64,000 bases of DNA, taken from contig CM041465.1 of assembly GCA_023213395.1 (NCBI GenBank), positions 190,471,741 through 190,535,740 of the forward strand, read 5' to 3'. Both the position numbers and the translations under genes were made by a program. The notes beneath the pieces were generated by a model. The model did no database searches. It was not told the origin of the DNA and saw only the letters and a program-made list of their open reading frames with translations. Of this stretch, positions 14,932-27,169 are shown piece by piece (the first letter of the stretch is position 1; each line of letters starts with the position of its first letter). This DNA comes from Cycas panzhihuaensis. Its lineage: Eukaryota > Plantae > Cycadophyta.

Positions 14932-15749
14932 CTAAGAAAATTTTTTCAACTTTTATAATGATAATAGTGATCAAAATAATATAGGAGGAAATAAATCAAG
15001 GCAACAATAGTGTTAGATCTTATGAATTTTTTAACAATAATGGTTACCTATAAGAGAATACATTTGGAGAATATTCTTAGATCAAGATAATCTTATGGGA
15101 AATGGATCTTATGGGGATAATATCATGTGGAGAAGGTAGTTTATAGGAAAGTCCATTTGCATGATAGGTGACTCATGGGAGACGGTAATTTCCCACTCGC
15201 ATCAGGGTTGGAACAAAAAAAATGATGAACTAGTTGAGATGCTTTGTGTAAAAAGATAATTAAGTGAAAATTAAAAAAAAGGGAGGAATCCCACATCAAG
15301 TTTTCTTACATAAGAAGTATTCCACCTAAATTTTTAATAAAGGAAATAAGTGTTGTGGATAAATCTACATGTGGGTTTGTATTTCATATCTCAAATATAT
15401 GTCATGGGATATTTAATACCTATAAGGATAGAATCCTATATTCAAAGATAAGAATAAAGGAGACTAAATTTGGACCCTTTATTAAACTATTATGGTTAAA
15501 TATTAATCAAATATTTTTTGGTTTGCATCATGATGATTTATTTTGATGGCATGAGATGAAATATCTAATCTCTAACAACTATTAATTTGGATAATATACA
15601 ACAAATAAGATTGTAGACTCAAGTATGTCACATGATCAAAATAACTAGGATAGTTATTTCAAACTAGTTATCATTATTTCAGTCATTAAAATAATTGAAA
15701 AATAAATATCACAAGGGGATGGGGATGGGTGGGGGGAGGGGAGGAATAG

Positions 15750-16450
15750 CTTATGGAGGTTAAAAATAGCAAAGAAAAGGCTCTTACAATTTGAAAATAA
15801 GAAATCTAATAAGCTATAGATTTCATAAATTCTATAGGTTGATAAGTAGGAGAAATTTAAAATATCAATTGTGAATTATATTAGGGTAAGTTTCAACATC
15901 CCAGGCCAAAGGATATTAAAATAAGAGTAGTGAATGTAGAGTAAGATATAAAAAATTAGATTAACAAAATTAGGTTAATTCCCAAGGTATTTCCTTACCG
16001 TAAAATTATAGTCTTAGTTGTAAAATATCTAAGGGAAGATGCCAATATCATCTTCACTGTAAATAGGGGTATAATAGCTAACCTAATACCACATCATTTA
16101 AGAAATATCTTCAGGTTACATGAACCTAAGGTACCTATTAATTAGTAGAATCTTAAGAGAGCCATAAAAAAAGATAGTGACTTGGCCAAAACCATATCAA
16201 GTTAAATGATGGCATCTTCAAAGAGGGACGAAAAGAGAGATAGATTGAAGGAAAGATTATTCAATAATAATGTTAGACTCTAGATAATCATTTTACACAA
16301 ATTTTTTTGATTCTCTAATGATTCCCAACTTAAACTATTTCATGTATTCATCATTGCATAGTATCTCAGAGGAGATTTTCTACTACATTGGGCATAATTT
16401 CTTAGTAGAAATTATTGGAATTTAGAATTTAAGTTTCATACCATATTATG
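15750..16450 (+). pseudogene. Decayed retrotransposon accessory (extra) ORF, 5' part
   Basis: With stops read through: ILHKFF*FSNDSQLKLFHVFIIA*YLRGDFLLHWA*FLS, resembling extra ORFs of large plant LTR elements. Appears to continue at 27170. Confidence 0.45.
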
Positions 16451-16459
16451 ATGTAGTTA

Positions 16460-19400
16460 TATTACAGTGAAAAAGATCTTGTGTAAGTAGGAAGCAAACG
16501 TATACAAGCTAGTATGAGCTAGTGATAGACCCAATATGTGAGCCAATATGAGGTGTGAATTATTAAGCCAGAAATCAAAGTATGTTAGTTATGCTAGTGA
16601 TATCTAATAAGAAATTAGGACATCAGGTCAATACCCAGTTAGTACATGAAATAGGTAGTAGGTCTATACATTATAATAAGTGACAAATTAAACTAAGTAT
16701 GAGGTATTTATGATAACAAATGAGATGTTTGATATAAGGGTATATTATGTGGTATATTAACAAGTATATTTATAACCATGAGGTTTTATAGTAGTTGATG
16801 GGTATTTTGGTCAATATTTTATTAAATAAAATTATTTTCTTCTAAACAAAGAACAAACCCTTGAAGAAATTTTGAAGTCTATATACCAACTAAAAATATA
16901 GTTCCCTATTTCGAATAAGCATAGTACCATTTTATTTAGATAGTTATGATATGTTAAAAATATAATTGATTTAATATAGAAGCCCGTTGTATGAATATAT
17001 AACACTACCATATTGTTGCCTTAGAATCACTATGTTTTCTGAGTATCCCTCTAAGACACAAATGTCATTATAGTGAATATGAATTTGAACTTAGACATAA
17101 TTACCAAATTTATTTTTATTTGGATTTATGAGAAGTATTTATTATTTCCCTAAGCTAAAGTCTAAGCCCAAGCTTTTTTATGTTGTATTGCATTACCAAA
17201 AATTATGAGAAGGTATATTATATGGTTTTGTTAGTGTCAATGGATAAAGATCTGTCGAAGGCATTCAAGAAGCTGAAAAGAGTAGATGGTCTAGTAATGG
17301 TATTGATAATCAACTTTATAAATCTCCGTAACATGGTTGAGCAAAGTAGTTATCTAGACCACAACTTTTGAATCATAAATTATGAGCATTGGTTTGAGAA
17401 AAAGGAGAAACCCTTGAATTGTCATATAAAGAGTCACCGATGAAAAGGAGAAACCTAATTTAATCACCCACATCTATCTATATGTAAATTTTGTAAATGA
17501 TACCAATCTACTCTTCAATGAAAATACTAGGGGAAGGGTCAAATTTTAGTTACTTCACAAATAAGTATAGATCAAGTCACCCATACCATGAAGAAAGAGA
17601 CAATTTATATAAAAGATTAAAAATATAATTAATCATAGAGAATTTCTCATATAGAGAATTACCACAAAGAAATTTATGTAAATATTTTTTTATCATAATA
17701 AAAATATTTGCATTTGATTTTTAAAATTAGATTATTTTTTTATAAAGATTTCAAATCCATGTATATAAAAAAATATTAAATGGATTATTTTTTTTGCATT
17801 TATAAAAATAAATTAAACTAATTTTAATAAATTTAAAAATCCATGTAAGTCCCCTTCACTTTAGTAAATAATCATATAAATATAACATGTGACCAACAAC
17901 CCTAGCTAAAAGGGGCTTAACCTCATTTGTTAAGGATCACATAAATTTTCATGATATATTAGCATATTTTTAGTACAAGTTTCCATTGAAATATTCTTTT
18001 TTGCCATATTAGTTGCAATGGAAATAGAATTTTGAGATGGTCAAAATGAGTGGTTCTAAAGCATATTTTAGAAATTAGATGATAGAAATATTAATTAGTG
18101 AAGTTAATTAAAATGATTTACACCTCATAAAAGATGTATTTTATGACATGTTTCAAATGTACTTTTGCATATTTTGATGTTTTCAAAGGCTCTAGATATG
18201 ATGATGATCTTATTGTTAATTGATAATGAATAAATAAGGAAGTTTCATTTAAAGGTGATTATTTTAAGGCTTATTTATGATATTTAAAGGCTCAAACTAG
18301 ATGAAAATTTATAAAATGGGAATATATTTGATGAGATATTAATGTCAAAATTTTATACATATGTTGGACTTAAAAATCTCTTATGGAATTTTTACATTTA
18401 GTTTAGTGGAATTGTAGTCACTAATCAAATGCAATACTTACCTAGTTTTGATACATTTTTTTAATAAATATTTGACACTTGCTTAATGACTGATGATAGC
18501 ACCTGATATTTATTAAAGAGCCTAGATTGATTGCTTGATAAAGAGATAAGTTAATTATTGGGATTTCCACTTATTTATGAAACATAGAGAAAAGTCTCAT
18601 ATGTTTATTACTTGGCATATTGATTTAGCTATTGATGTTATCCAACTGATGTAGAAGATAAGCATTTTTTAGTGAGAAATTTATCTCTCTATGTATAAGA
18701 AGAGGCATAGAAACACATAATTTATGTTTTTTTATTATACCTAACTTTATCTTAGCTAAGTAATTTGGCCTACTCTAAGGGTTAGTATATTTTGATTATT
18801 AATTTCATGATGTTGGTATTGTATTTATGGTTACCAAAAGAAAGTTACAAGTGTGCAAAATTTCTAGTGAAGGTAGCATATGAGATATTTGTTTGTATAA
18901 AAGAGGCAAGATGAATAAAGCTACTCCTGTACAACACATAGATTATGTTGTTAATTTTGTATACAAGAGGCAAGAGATTTCATGCTACTCAAGAAGGCAT
19001 TCATAAATGATGTTACCATCTTATATTTATTAAAGAGCCTAGATTGATTATTTCATAGAGAGATAAGTTAATAATTGCCATTTCCACATGTTTATAAAAC
19101 ATAGAGAAAAGTATCATATATTTATTACTTAGCATATTGATTTAGTTATTGATGTTATCGAACTGATATAGAAGATAAGCATTTGTTAGTGAGAAATTTA
19201 TCTTACTATGTATGAGAAGAGGCATATAAACACATAATTTATATTTCTTTATTATAGCTAACTTATCTTAACTAAGTAATTTGACTTACTCCAAGGGTTA
19301 GTATATTTTGATTATTAATTTGATGATGTTGGTATTATATTCATGGTTACCAAAAGAAAGTTGCAAGTGTATAAAAGTGTCAATGAGGTAGCATATAAGA

Positions 19401-20545
19401 TATTTATTTCTATAAAATAGGTAAGATGAATGAAACTACTCTTGTACAACACAAAGATTGTGTTATTAATTTTGTATACAAGAGGTAAGAGATTTTATGC
19501 TACTCTTATTTATTGATGAACCATATACAAGAATCACATCCTATAGAATAAGTAATTATAATGACCGGTTACCCATGTATTTTAATAGATGGTTGTTATT
19601 TTATATGGACATCAATAATTATTTTTTATTATTTGAGATTATTGATGACTGGTTAACTGATGATGGCTGATAGTAGCTTTACAAGTGAAGATAAAAAGAT
19701 GTTTAAAAAAATAGTTCATATAATCATAATAGTGAAAGTTATGTATATTGGTTGATATGGATGATTGATGATTGGTTTATATTTATAGGTTAGTTATTCA
19801 TAGTTAGTTACTAATGATTGCATATGATTATAGGTTGATTATAGGCATTATAAGTTAATGGTTATGAAAAATAATCATCATGATGATTAACATATATATA
19901 GGTTACATGTGATGATATACGTTACATATTAATATAACATTATTTAGTTTGATATTAATTTTGATGCAAATTTATAGATTCTAGTATATACGAAAAATAA
20001 ATGATAATGAAAACCAAAGAAATGAAAGCATGAATACATAAAAAACTAGAAGACCAAATTTGAAGACACTAAATATTAACGGGAAATATTGGAATATATG
20101 ATTATTCATATATCTAATGTTTAATATTAATGATAGTAAACCCATATAAAATCCCTTACTAAATGCATTGATAATGCATACTTATTCATGTAAACATTAT
20201 ATTGGATGATGTAAAGGCTCTAAAGATATAGTAGGCTACTCATAAGATGACTATTAATATAAATATATACACATACCACTTGAAAACTTAAGAGGGAGTG
20301 CATTGAATTTATTGTAGATGTACTGATTTGATATTTAAAGAGGAGCTCCTAACTCCAACCTTCTCCTATGATTTTCTCTATATTAGTTTCTCTGTGTATA
20401 AATATGTTCTTTATTATGGTTCATGCTTCTTATATTTGATACTTTATATTCATGTTATTTCTTTATCTATGTACATTTCTCATGATATATTTCGTTATAT
20501 ATACATACTTGATAGGTTTCACTTTTATTTCTCTTAAATATAAGA
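16460..20545 (+). mobile_element. Non-autonomous LTR element F (internal region plus 3' LTR 20087-20545); 5' LTR not found
   Basis: Purine tract at 20078-20086, then LTR start tattggaa. The U5-like part resembles 1610-1700. Internal homology to element E, and a motif at 17885-17920 shared with elements A and B. Confidence 0.5.
18506..19505 (+). repeat. Tandem duplication with ~517-bp period
   Basis: atatttattaaagagcctagattg...atgctactc at 18506-18990 and 19023-19505. Confidence 0.93.
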
Positions 20546-23279
20546 TGATAAAATCATCCAAGATCTAAGAATCCATGTGCTCCTAGTATAAAACAAGGCT
20601 AAGCTATGGCAATAATATAGAAAATATTCAAATAAATGAGTAGAACTAAGATAGTTGAAATTTCACAAGCAAATTAGTTACCATGTGAGGATCCAAACTG
20701 GTAGAGTTTTTGCATATACTCAAAATCCATATATAAATGAATAGTGCAAGGCTTAATTTATAAGCATTCCATCAAGATTTTTAATAATACAATTAGTCAA
20801 CTAAGTAACACATATGATAAACCTAAAATTAATATAAAACATGATTAAATTTATATTGAGAGTCCTTTAAAGTATGAAATACATACATAATGTACATAGA
20901 ATATAATGAAATGAATGTGACATTACATAATATTTTAACACCCTCCCCTAATGGTAGGCTTTTTTTTTTATTAAGGTCATATCAAAATTGCTCAAACTTT
21001 GGTTTACCAAGTATTTTGGTAAAGATATCTACAACCTAGTCCTGAGTTGGTCAGTGAACTCAGTTGATGAAGCCATCTAAAGGTTGTTATAAGTGACCTT
21101 CTTTTGTGAGATTTCCATTTGAGAAGGCACTCTTTAATACCAAGTGAGCTTTATGATGCTCAATAGGGCCATTAGTATGAAATCTTACTTTATAAATTCT
21201 TTTATAGTTAACCAACATCTTTCCAAATGATGAGTCTATCAGCTCCCAAGTTTTAATTTTTATGACAGAGTTCATCTCTTCATCCATAATTGCTTTCCAT
21301 GTTTGGTCTTTGACTGTCTTCTGAAATGTAGAAGACTTAGGTATTTGTAGTATATGTTCTATTAAGGAAAATTTTATGGAGTATCTCATCTTTAAAGACC
21401 TTTTGGTAGCTATGGGAGGAGGAGGAGGAGCATCCTCTAACAATTATTAAACCTGCATAGGAGGTGGTTGAATTCTAGTAGCTTCCACTTCAGGGTCATC
21501 AACTAAAATAGGTGGCATAGTTGTTCTTACTTATGTTGTTAATGTGGAGGCTATTAGAATTGATAAAGGGCCTATAGTGTAGGAGGAGGCTGGTATCGAT
21601 AGCTCCATAATTTATCCAAGGGGAACTTGAGGCATATAAACTTCATCTACTGCTATAAACTAAGTTTGAGGTAGATTTAGGTCATAGGTATCCTTCATAA
21701 ATATTACATCCTGAGTTGTGTATGATTGGTTCCCAACCATGTCAAACACTTTGTAGGCTTTGTAACCAGGTGAAATGCCAAGGAAGATGTATTTTAGGCT
21801 CTTATCATTAGGCTCCTTTCTATTCTCCTTTGGAACAAGTATATATGTTGTGTATCTGAATGTCTTCAAGTATGCAACAGCTAATTTCAGTCCTGACCAA
21901 GCTTCCTTAAGAGTGATGTTCCTAACTGTGATTGTGAAACTTATATTATTTAGGTATATAGTAGTTATAATTACATCAACCTAAATCTGGTGGTAAGATT
22001 AGTAGTACTGAGCATGGCTTTTCCTTTATTCGCTAGTGTCTAGTTCATCCTTTTGACTACACCATTTTATTATTATGTGTAAGGTATTAAAAATTAGCAT
22101 TAGATACCATGTTCCTTACAAAAGCTATTTAATTAATTAGAGATATACTCACCACCATTATCAGATCTGAGGGTCTTGATTATCATACCACTCTCATTTT
22201 AAACTATAACTTTGAACTGTTTGAATTTATCTAGGGATGGGTACTTGCTTCTTAAGAAGTAAACCCATAATTTCTTGAAAAAGCCATATATGAATGTCAT
22301 GAAATACAAGCTCCCATTGAGTGATTAAACTAACATGGACCCACAGATGTCTAAGTGGACCAACTCTAATAGTTGTGATGTTCTCCATGCATTATTGAAA
22401 GGGAAATTTTCTCTTAATTACGTTTTCTTTAGGCATGCCTCATAGATGCTACTATATCTCTTAAGTTTGGGTAAAGCATACACCATTTAAAGGCTAAACA
22501 TTAGGTTCAAGCTTTATATGTTTAAGTGACCTAAGCATTGATGCCATAACTGGTCTTTGGAGCTATTTGAAGTAACCTCTTCCTCTAAATGAGAGTATTC
22601 TCTTAGTTCCTACATATAAGATGATTCTTCAACTATTATATCTTTTCCTTTATCAAGTTGAGTACTCTAAGCCATTGAGCAAGATTCATTTTGTTGAGTA
22701 GCGGTAACGGGGATACTATCCAACCTATGTAAACTACTATCTTCATATCCTTTGGCCATAAGTTTTCTAGTTATATGTTCTATGATGGTATAGATACCTT
22801 GACTAAATAGGACATCATGGTTCTACTTATCCATTTAACTGATGGAAAGTAGGTTCAACTTTATTTGTGGAATAAGGAATACATTGTTGATATAGTGCCT
22901 GATGTTAAAATCTTTTAATGCTATTAGATCCCTACTAATTTTGGTCATATCATATGTTAAGTTATCATTGAATGTGACCATTTGGGTGCTCATTTTCTAG
23001 GTCTCTTCTAACATCTTTTATGATCCACTCATGTGTCTAGTTATACTTGAGTCAAGGAGCTATTAGTTATCATCAAGTCGAGAAGATATAACTACAAAGA
23101 ATAGGTTGTAGGAGGAGAAATCCTAGTTGTCTACTATATTGTCTACTTATTATTGAATATTGTGTTAGTTCATTTGATTCCTATTAGAGAATTACTACCT
23201 ATTCTATGGTCTTTAGCTCTAAGTAGGTCTTAGATTCCAATTTTGTTGGTAAAATTAGCCTTCTGGTTAAAATAATGGC

Positions 23280-23490
23280 CCTCCTTATAGATAGAAAGGG
23301 CTCCTTATTGTGAAATAAGGCCACCTTGTTAGAAATAGGAGGATCCTTATTATAAAATACACCCTCCTTATTATGGATAAGGGGCTCCTTATGGAGGGCA
23401 TAGTCCTCCTTATTAATAACTTCACCTTTATTATTGGTAGCTTGGTCCACCTTACTAATAAGAAGGTGTTCCTTATTGATAAAATAGGGC
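23280..23490 (-). repeat. 21-bp degenerate tandem repeat in the gag-protease linker of element G
   Basis: About 9-10 units beginning ccttatt/ccttgtt every 21 nt. Confidence 0.75.
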
Positions 23491-26462
23491 TGTTGGTTGA
23501 TAATATGGGGTAGCTTGTTGGAAGCTAAGCCCATAAGATTAGCTCATTTAATTTTATAATATTTGTAAATCAACTTGATATCTCCTATATTTAATAATAA
23601 AATGAGCAGTTTTTCCACAATAAAGGTAGGTGACATTTGGTCTACTTTGTTGGTTCTCTTATGCTTAAGATTATGGTTATTACCCAGATAACTGAGGCTA
23701 CTGACTTAGATTGGAGGAAGTAATAATTAGATATTGTTGCTACTAAGTTGGCTACTGATTTGGGTCTTAAAAGATGTTGAGAGAGCCTAGTTATTAAATA
23801 ATGTTTTGGAGCTAACTAGGTTGCTGAACTAGCTTTTGTAGAGTCTTGCCCTTTCTGAATTATGAGTTGTAAAGGTAGGGGATAAGTTAGAAGTAGATGT
23901 AACCTCAAGTCAATTAAGAATGCTCTCTTTGCATAGAAAGAGCCTCTCAAAGGTGATTAAATCTATTTTTGAATAGTTGTCATATAGTTTAGAGATAAAG
24001 TTATTATATTCTGTGGGCAGAATATTTAGGATGCTAGATATTACATCATGATCTGAAGGTGGTTCACCTAAGATTATCAATTGGTTTGTAATGGCCTTCA
24101 TTTCAATAAAATGGGCTATAATAATACTTGCAAACGGAATAAAAAGCATGCATGTTTTAAGGGTCAAGGACTTAGATTCATCCTTTCTCTCATAGAGGGC
24201 ATAAAGAGTGATCCATGTCTCATGAGAGGTTTGGGTTGTCTGGATATATTGGTCCACTTGGTCTTGAACTACCAAGTGGAGGAAGGACAAGGCAATATTA
24301 TCCTTAGCTTTAACATTAGTTAAGGCTATAAGATTCAAAGGAATTATGGTGTCAAGGTCATTAGGGTCTTATGTTGGTCTAAGTAGGGGTATGTTTCCAT
24401 TGACATATGGCTAAAAATTATCCATGATAAGTAGATTTTTAACTTATTTTTTTAAGGAATGAAATTATTAATACCATTAAGTTTAATTATATTAGATAAT
24501 AATATTTTTGCTACTATTTTTTTAACTTTTTTTTTTCTAATCTGTAAAGTTTATGCGCTTTTGTACTAATTTACCTAGGGGGCTATTAAACTAGAATTCT
24601 AAGTTGAAAGGGTCTCTAAGAAAGTTCTTGGTTATTATCCTTTCTAGTGGTTCCTGCTCATAAGTGGAAAGCTAAGGACCCTATATACTGCTATGTGAGC
24701 TCAAATAACTATATACCTTAGTATATGAGCTATAATAAAGGTCAATGATGCCCCTAATTTATGTCTCCACATATGCTAGACATATGCCTAGAAACAGATC
24801 TAGTGGTGAGAACTTAACTAACTAAGATACTCACTCCCTCTGGGTCTAGTCTAGTCTCTAATCTCTAATGGGAAGTTTTCCACCTCAACCTACCCTTAAT
24901 ACACCTGATAGCCAAAGGTTTCCTCAACAAATTAGAGGAAGACTAGGAGTGTATGTAGAGTGGTAACTTTAGGGGCCTTAAACATTCCCCTTGAAAAGTT
25001 GGTAAAGATGTTGTTAATTTAAGAGGTATCTTATTTAATATGATAATGTTGATTTTATAATGTGAGTTATTATAAATAAAGATACATTTTTTAACAAAAT
25101 AACTAAAAGATAAGATGAACATAAAAGAAATTAAAGGATAATTAAGGGTTTAGAATTCTCTTTAAGTGGGTTTGCATAAAAAAGAGCCACTTCAATCTTC
25201 CAAAGGTGACATCTATAAAATAACCAATACTAAGCACTTTATTAGCCTGAAAAATAGATTAAGATAGTTAATTCAAGGTTAATCAACATCATAAAATAAT
25301 AACAAAACTTCTGAAAAATAGAATTTATCCTTTAAAAGGTGGGAGAAAGTTCTAAAGTAGCTCAAACATCAAGCTCAACTTTGGTACCGTATAACTTTGC
25401 AAAATAGGCTCAAATTAGGCTCACTAAAGCCCTTTGAGTCCTTTTTCTAATTATCTAAATGGTTTAAAAAATAGACCCCAGTTGTAAACTTATTACAAAA
25501 ATAGTACAGGTACCCTATTATGCATTAAATTTGAGACAGATGGGCTTAAGCCCCTTCAAAAAGTAATACTTGGTCACCTGCTAACTCTATAAAATTGCTC
25601 GTTGATATAGCTAAGGGACTAATAGACACAAAATTTTATCAAAGATGAGCTAAACTTCTTGATTAAAAAAAAAAAGTAAAATAACATAAGAAAATTTGAG
25701 ACTCACCCTTTTTAGTAAAGATTGAGATCATATAAGAATGAACATGACTAAATTAAGGGGGTTAGTAATCAAAATCATAAGAAATTTTAAATCCAATTTG
25801 ATTTCAAGGATTAATATTGAAACTTAATGAGAAAACATAAATTTTTTTGAGTAAAAAGGAGTTATAGAGGTGCACGACCTATGCACAACCACATGCAACC
25901 CATGAGGGGAATGAGAGACCAAAATCCAAAGATTTTTTATGGTGTTCATTTTGAAACTATTTGAGGGGGCACACAGGGCCCATAGGAGGCTAATGTAAGG
26001 TGTTTTGATGTAAAACAAGTCCCAAATGAGTAGAATTAGGCTATGGACTATATGGACACTCTATGAATAAAACTGGACAAAAATATGCTTGGATCAATAG
26101 AAAACTCTTTTGAATGGACTCTTACAGATTGTGAATGAGGACAACATACCACTAGAGAGGAAGATGAAGATCCAACAAGTAATTTTATCCTGATCTAGGT
26201 TTGAAATGACTTGAAAATGGGCTATTTTATTCATTGTTGATCAAAAAATGAAACTCTAATCATATATGGCTATAAATAGGCTAACTATCGATAATATGAT
26301 ACTAAAATAAGCTAAAGAAGGCTTCCACTCATATCAAAGCAACTATATGCACTAATAATTAGGAGAAAGACTAAGAAAGTGCAAGATTGGGATGCCATTA
26401 TGAGGAAACAAACCTTCGCTCTTTACTATTTTCCTAAAAAAATTAAACCAAATCATATGCAA

Positions 26463-26474
26463 GCTCTGATACCA
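26463..26474 (-). promoter_or_regulatory. tRNA-iMet PBS of element G
   Basis: gctctgatacca is the perfect reverse complement of TGGTATCAGAGC. Confidence 0.95.
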
Positions 26475-26859
26475 TGATGTAATTGTCCAAGATCTAAGAA
26501 TCTATGTGTTCGTAATATAAAATAAGGCTAAACTTTAGAAATAATTCCAAAATTATTTAAATAAAAAAAGTAGAACTAAGATAAGTCAAAGTTCATGGGC
26601 GAATTAGTCACCATGTTAGGCTCCAAACTGGTAGAGCTTCTGCATATACTCAAAATCCACATACAAATGAATAGTGTGGGGCTTAATTTATAAGCACCCC
26701 ACTAACATTTTTAATAATACAATTAGCTAACTAAGCAATACAAATGGCAGATCTGATGTAAATATAAAACATGATTAAATTTACATTGAGGGTCCTCTAA
26801 AGTATAAAATACACACATAATATATATATAATACAATGAAATAAAGGTAACATTATATT

Positions 26860-27068
26860 TATAGGTCCAAGAGCTTTTCATCTCTAATTTTTAATTGGTG
26901 TGTATATATTTATATCAATAATCACCTCATGAGTAGCTTATTATATCTCAAGACCCATGAATAAGTGTGTATTGTTACATCTCTTAATGTATCTAGTAAG
27001 TGGGATTTTATATGTCTATTATCATTAACATTATATATTAGATATGTAAATAATCATATATTCCATCA
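26860..27068 (-). repeat. Partial LTR of the element F family in inverted orientation
   Basis: The reverse complement (tgatggaatatatgattatt...gctactcat...aaatatatacac) aligns with 20087-20295. Confidence 0.75.
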
Positions 27069-27169
27069 ATACTCTAATATAATAATTGAGATATTTACCT
27101 ATCAATAAGAATTTTTATATAAGTTTATATTTGATGTATGTGATATTAAGCACTCTAAGTCCTTCAAAT

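Larger units (their letters stand above)
20546..26857 (-). mobile_element. Ty1/copia element G with most of RT/RNase H deleted
   Basis: LTRs 20546-20940 and 26475-~26857 (outer end clipped); PBS 26463-26474; PPT 20941-20950. Gag ORF 23910-24338 (UBN2-like); integrase 21660-22540; RT start WKAIMDEEMNSVIKIKTWELI joins directly to the RNase H tail at ~21080. Confidence 0.9.

Noticed and set aside
23199-23534. 111-aa INKE-repeat ORF as a separate gene
   Set aside because: Probably an alternative frame of the 21-bp gag linker repeat.
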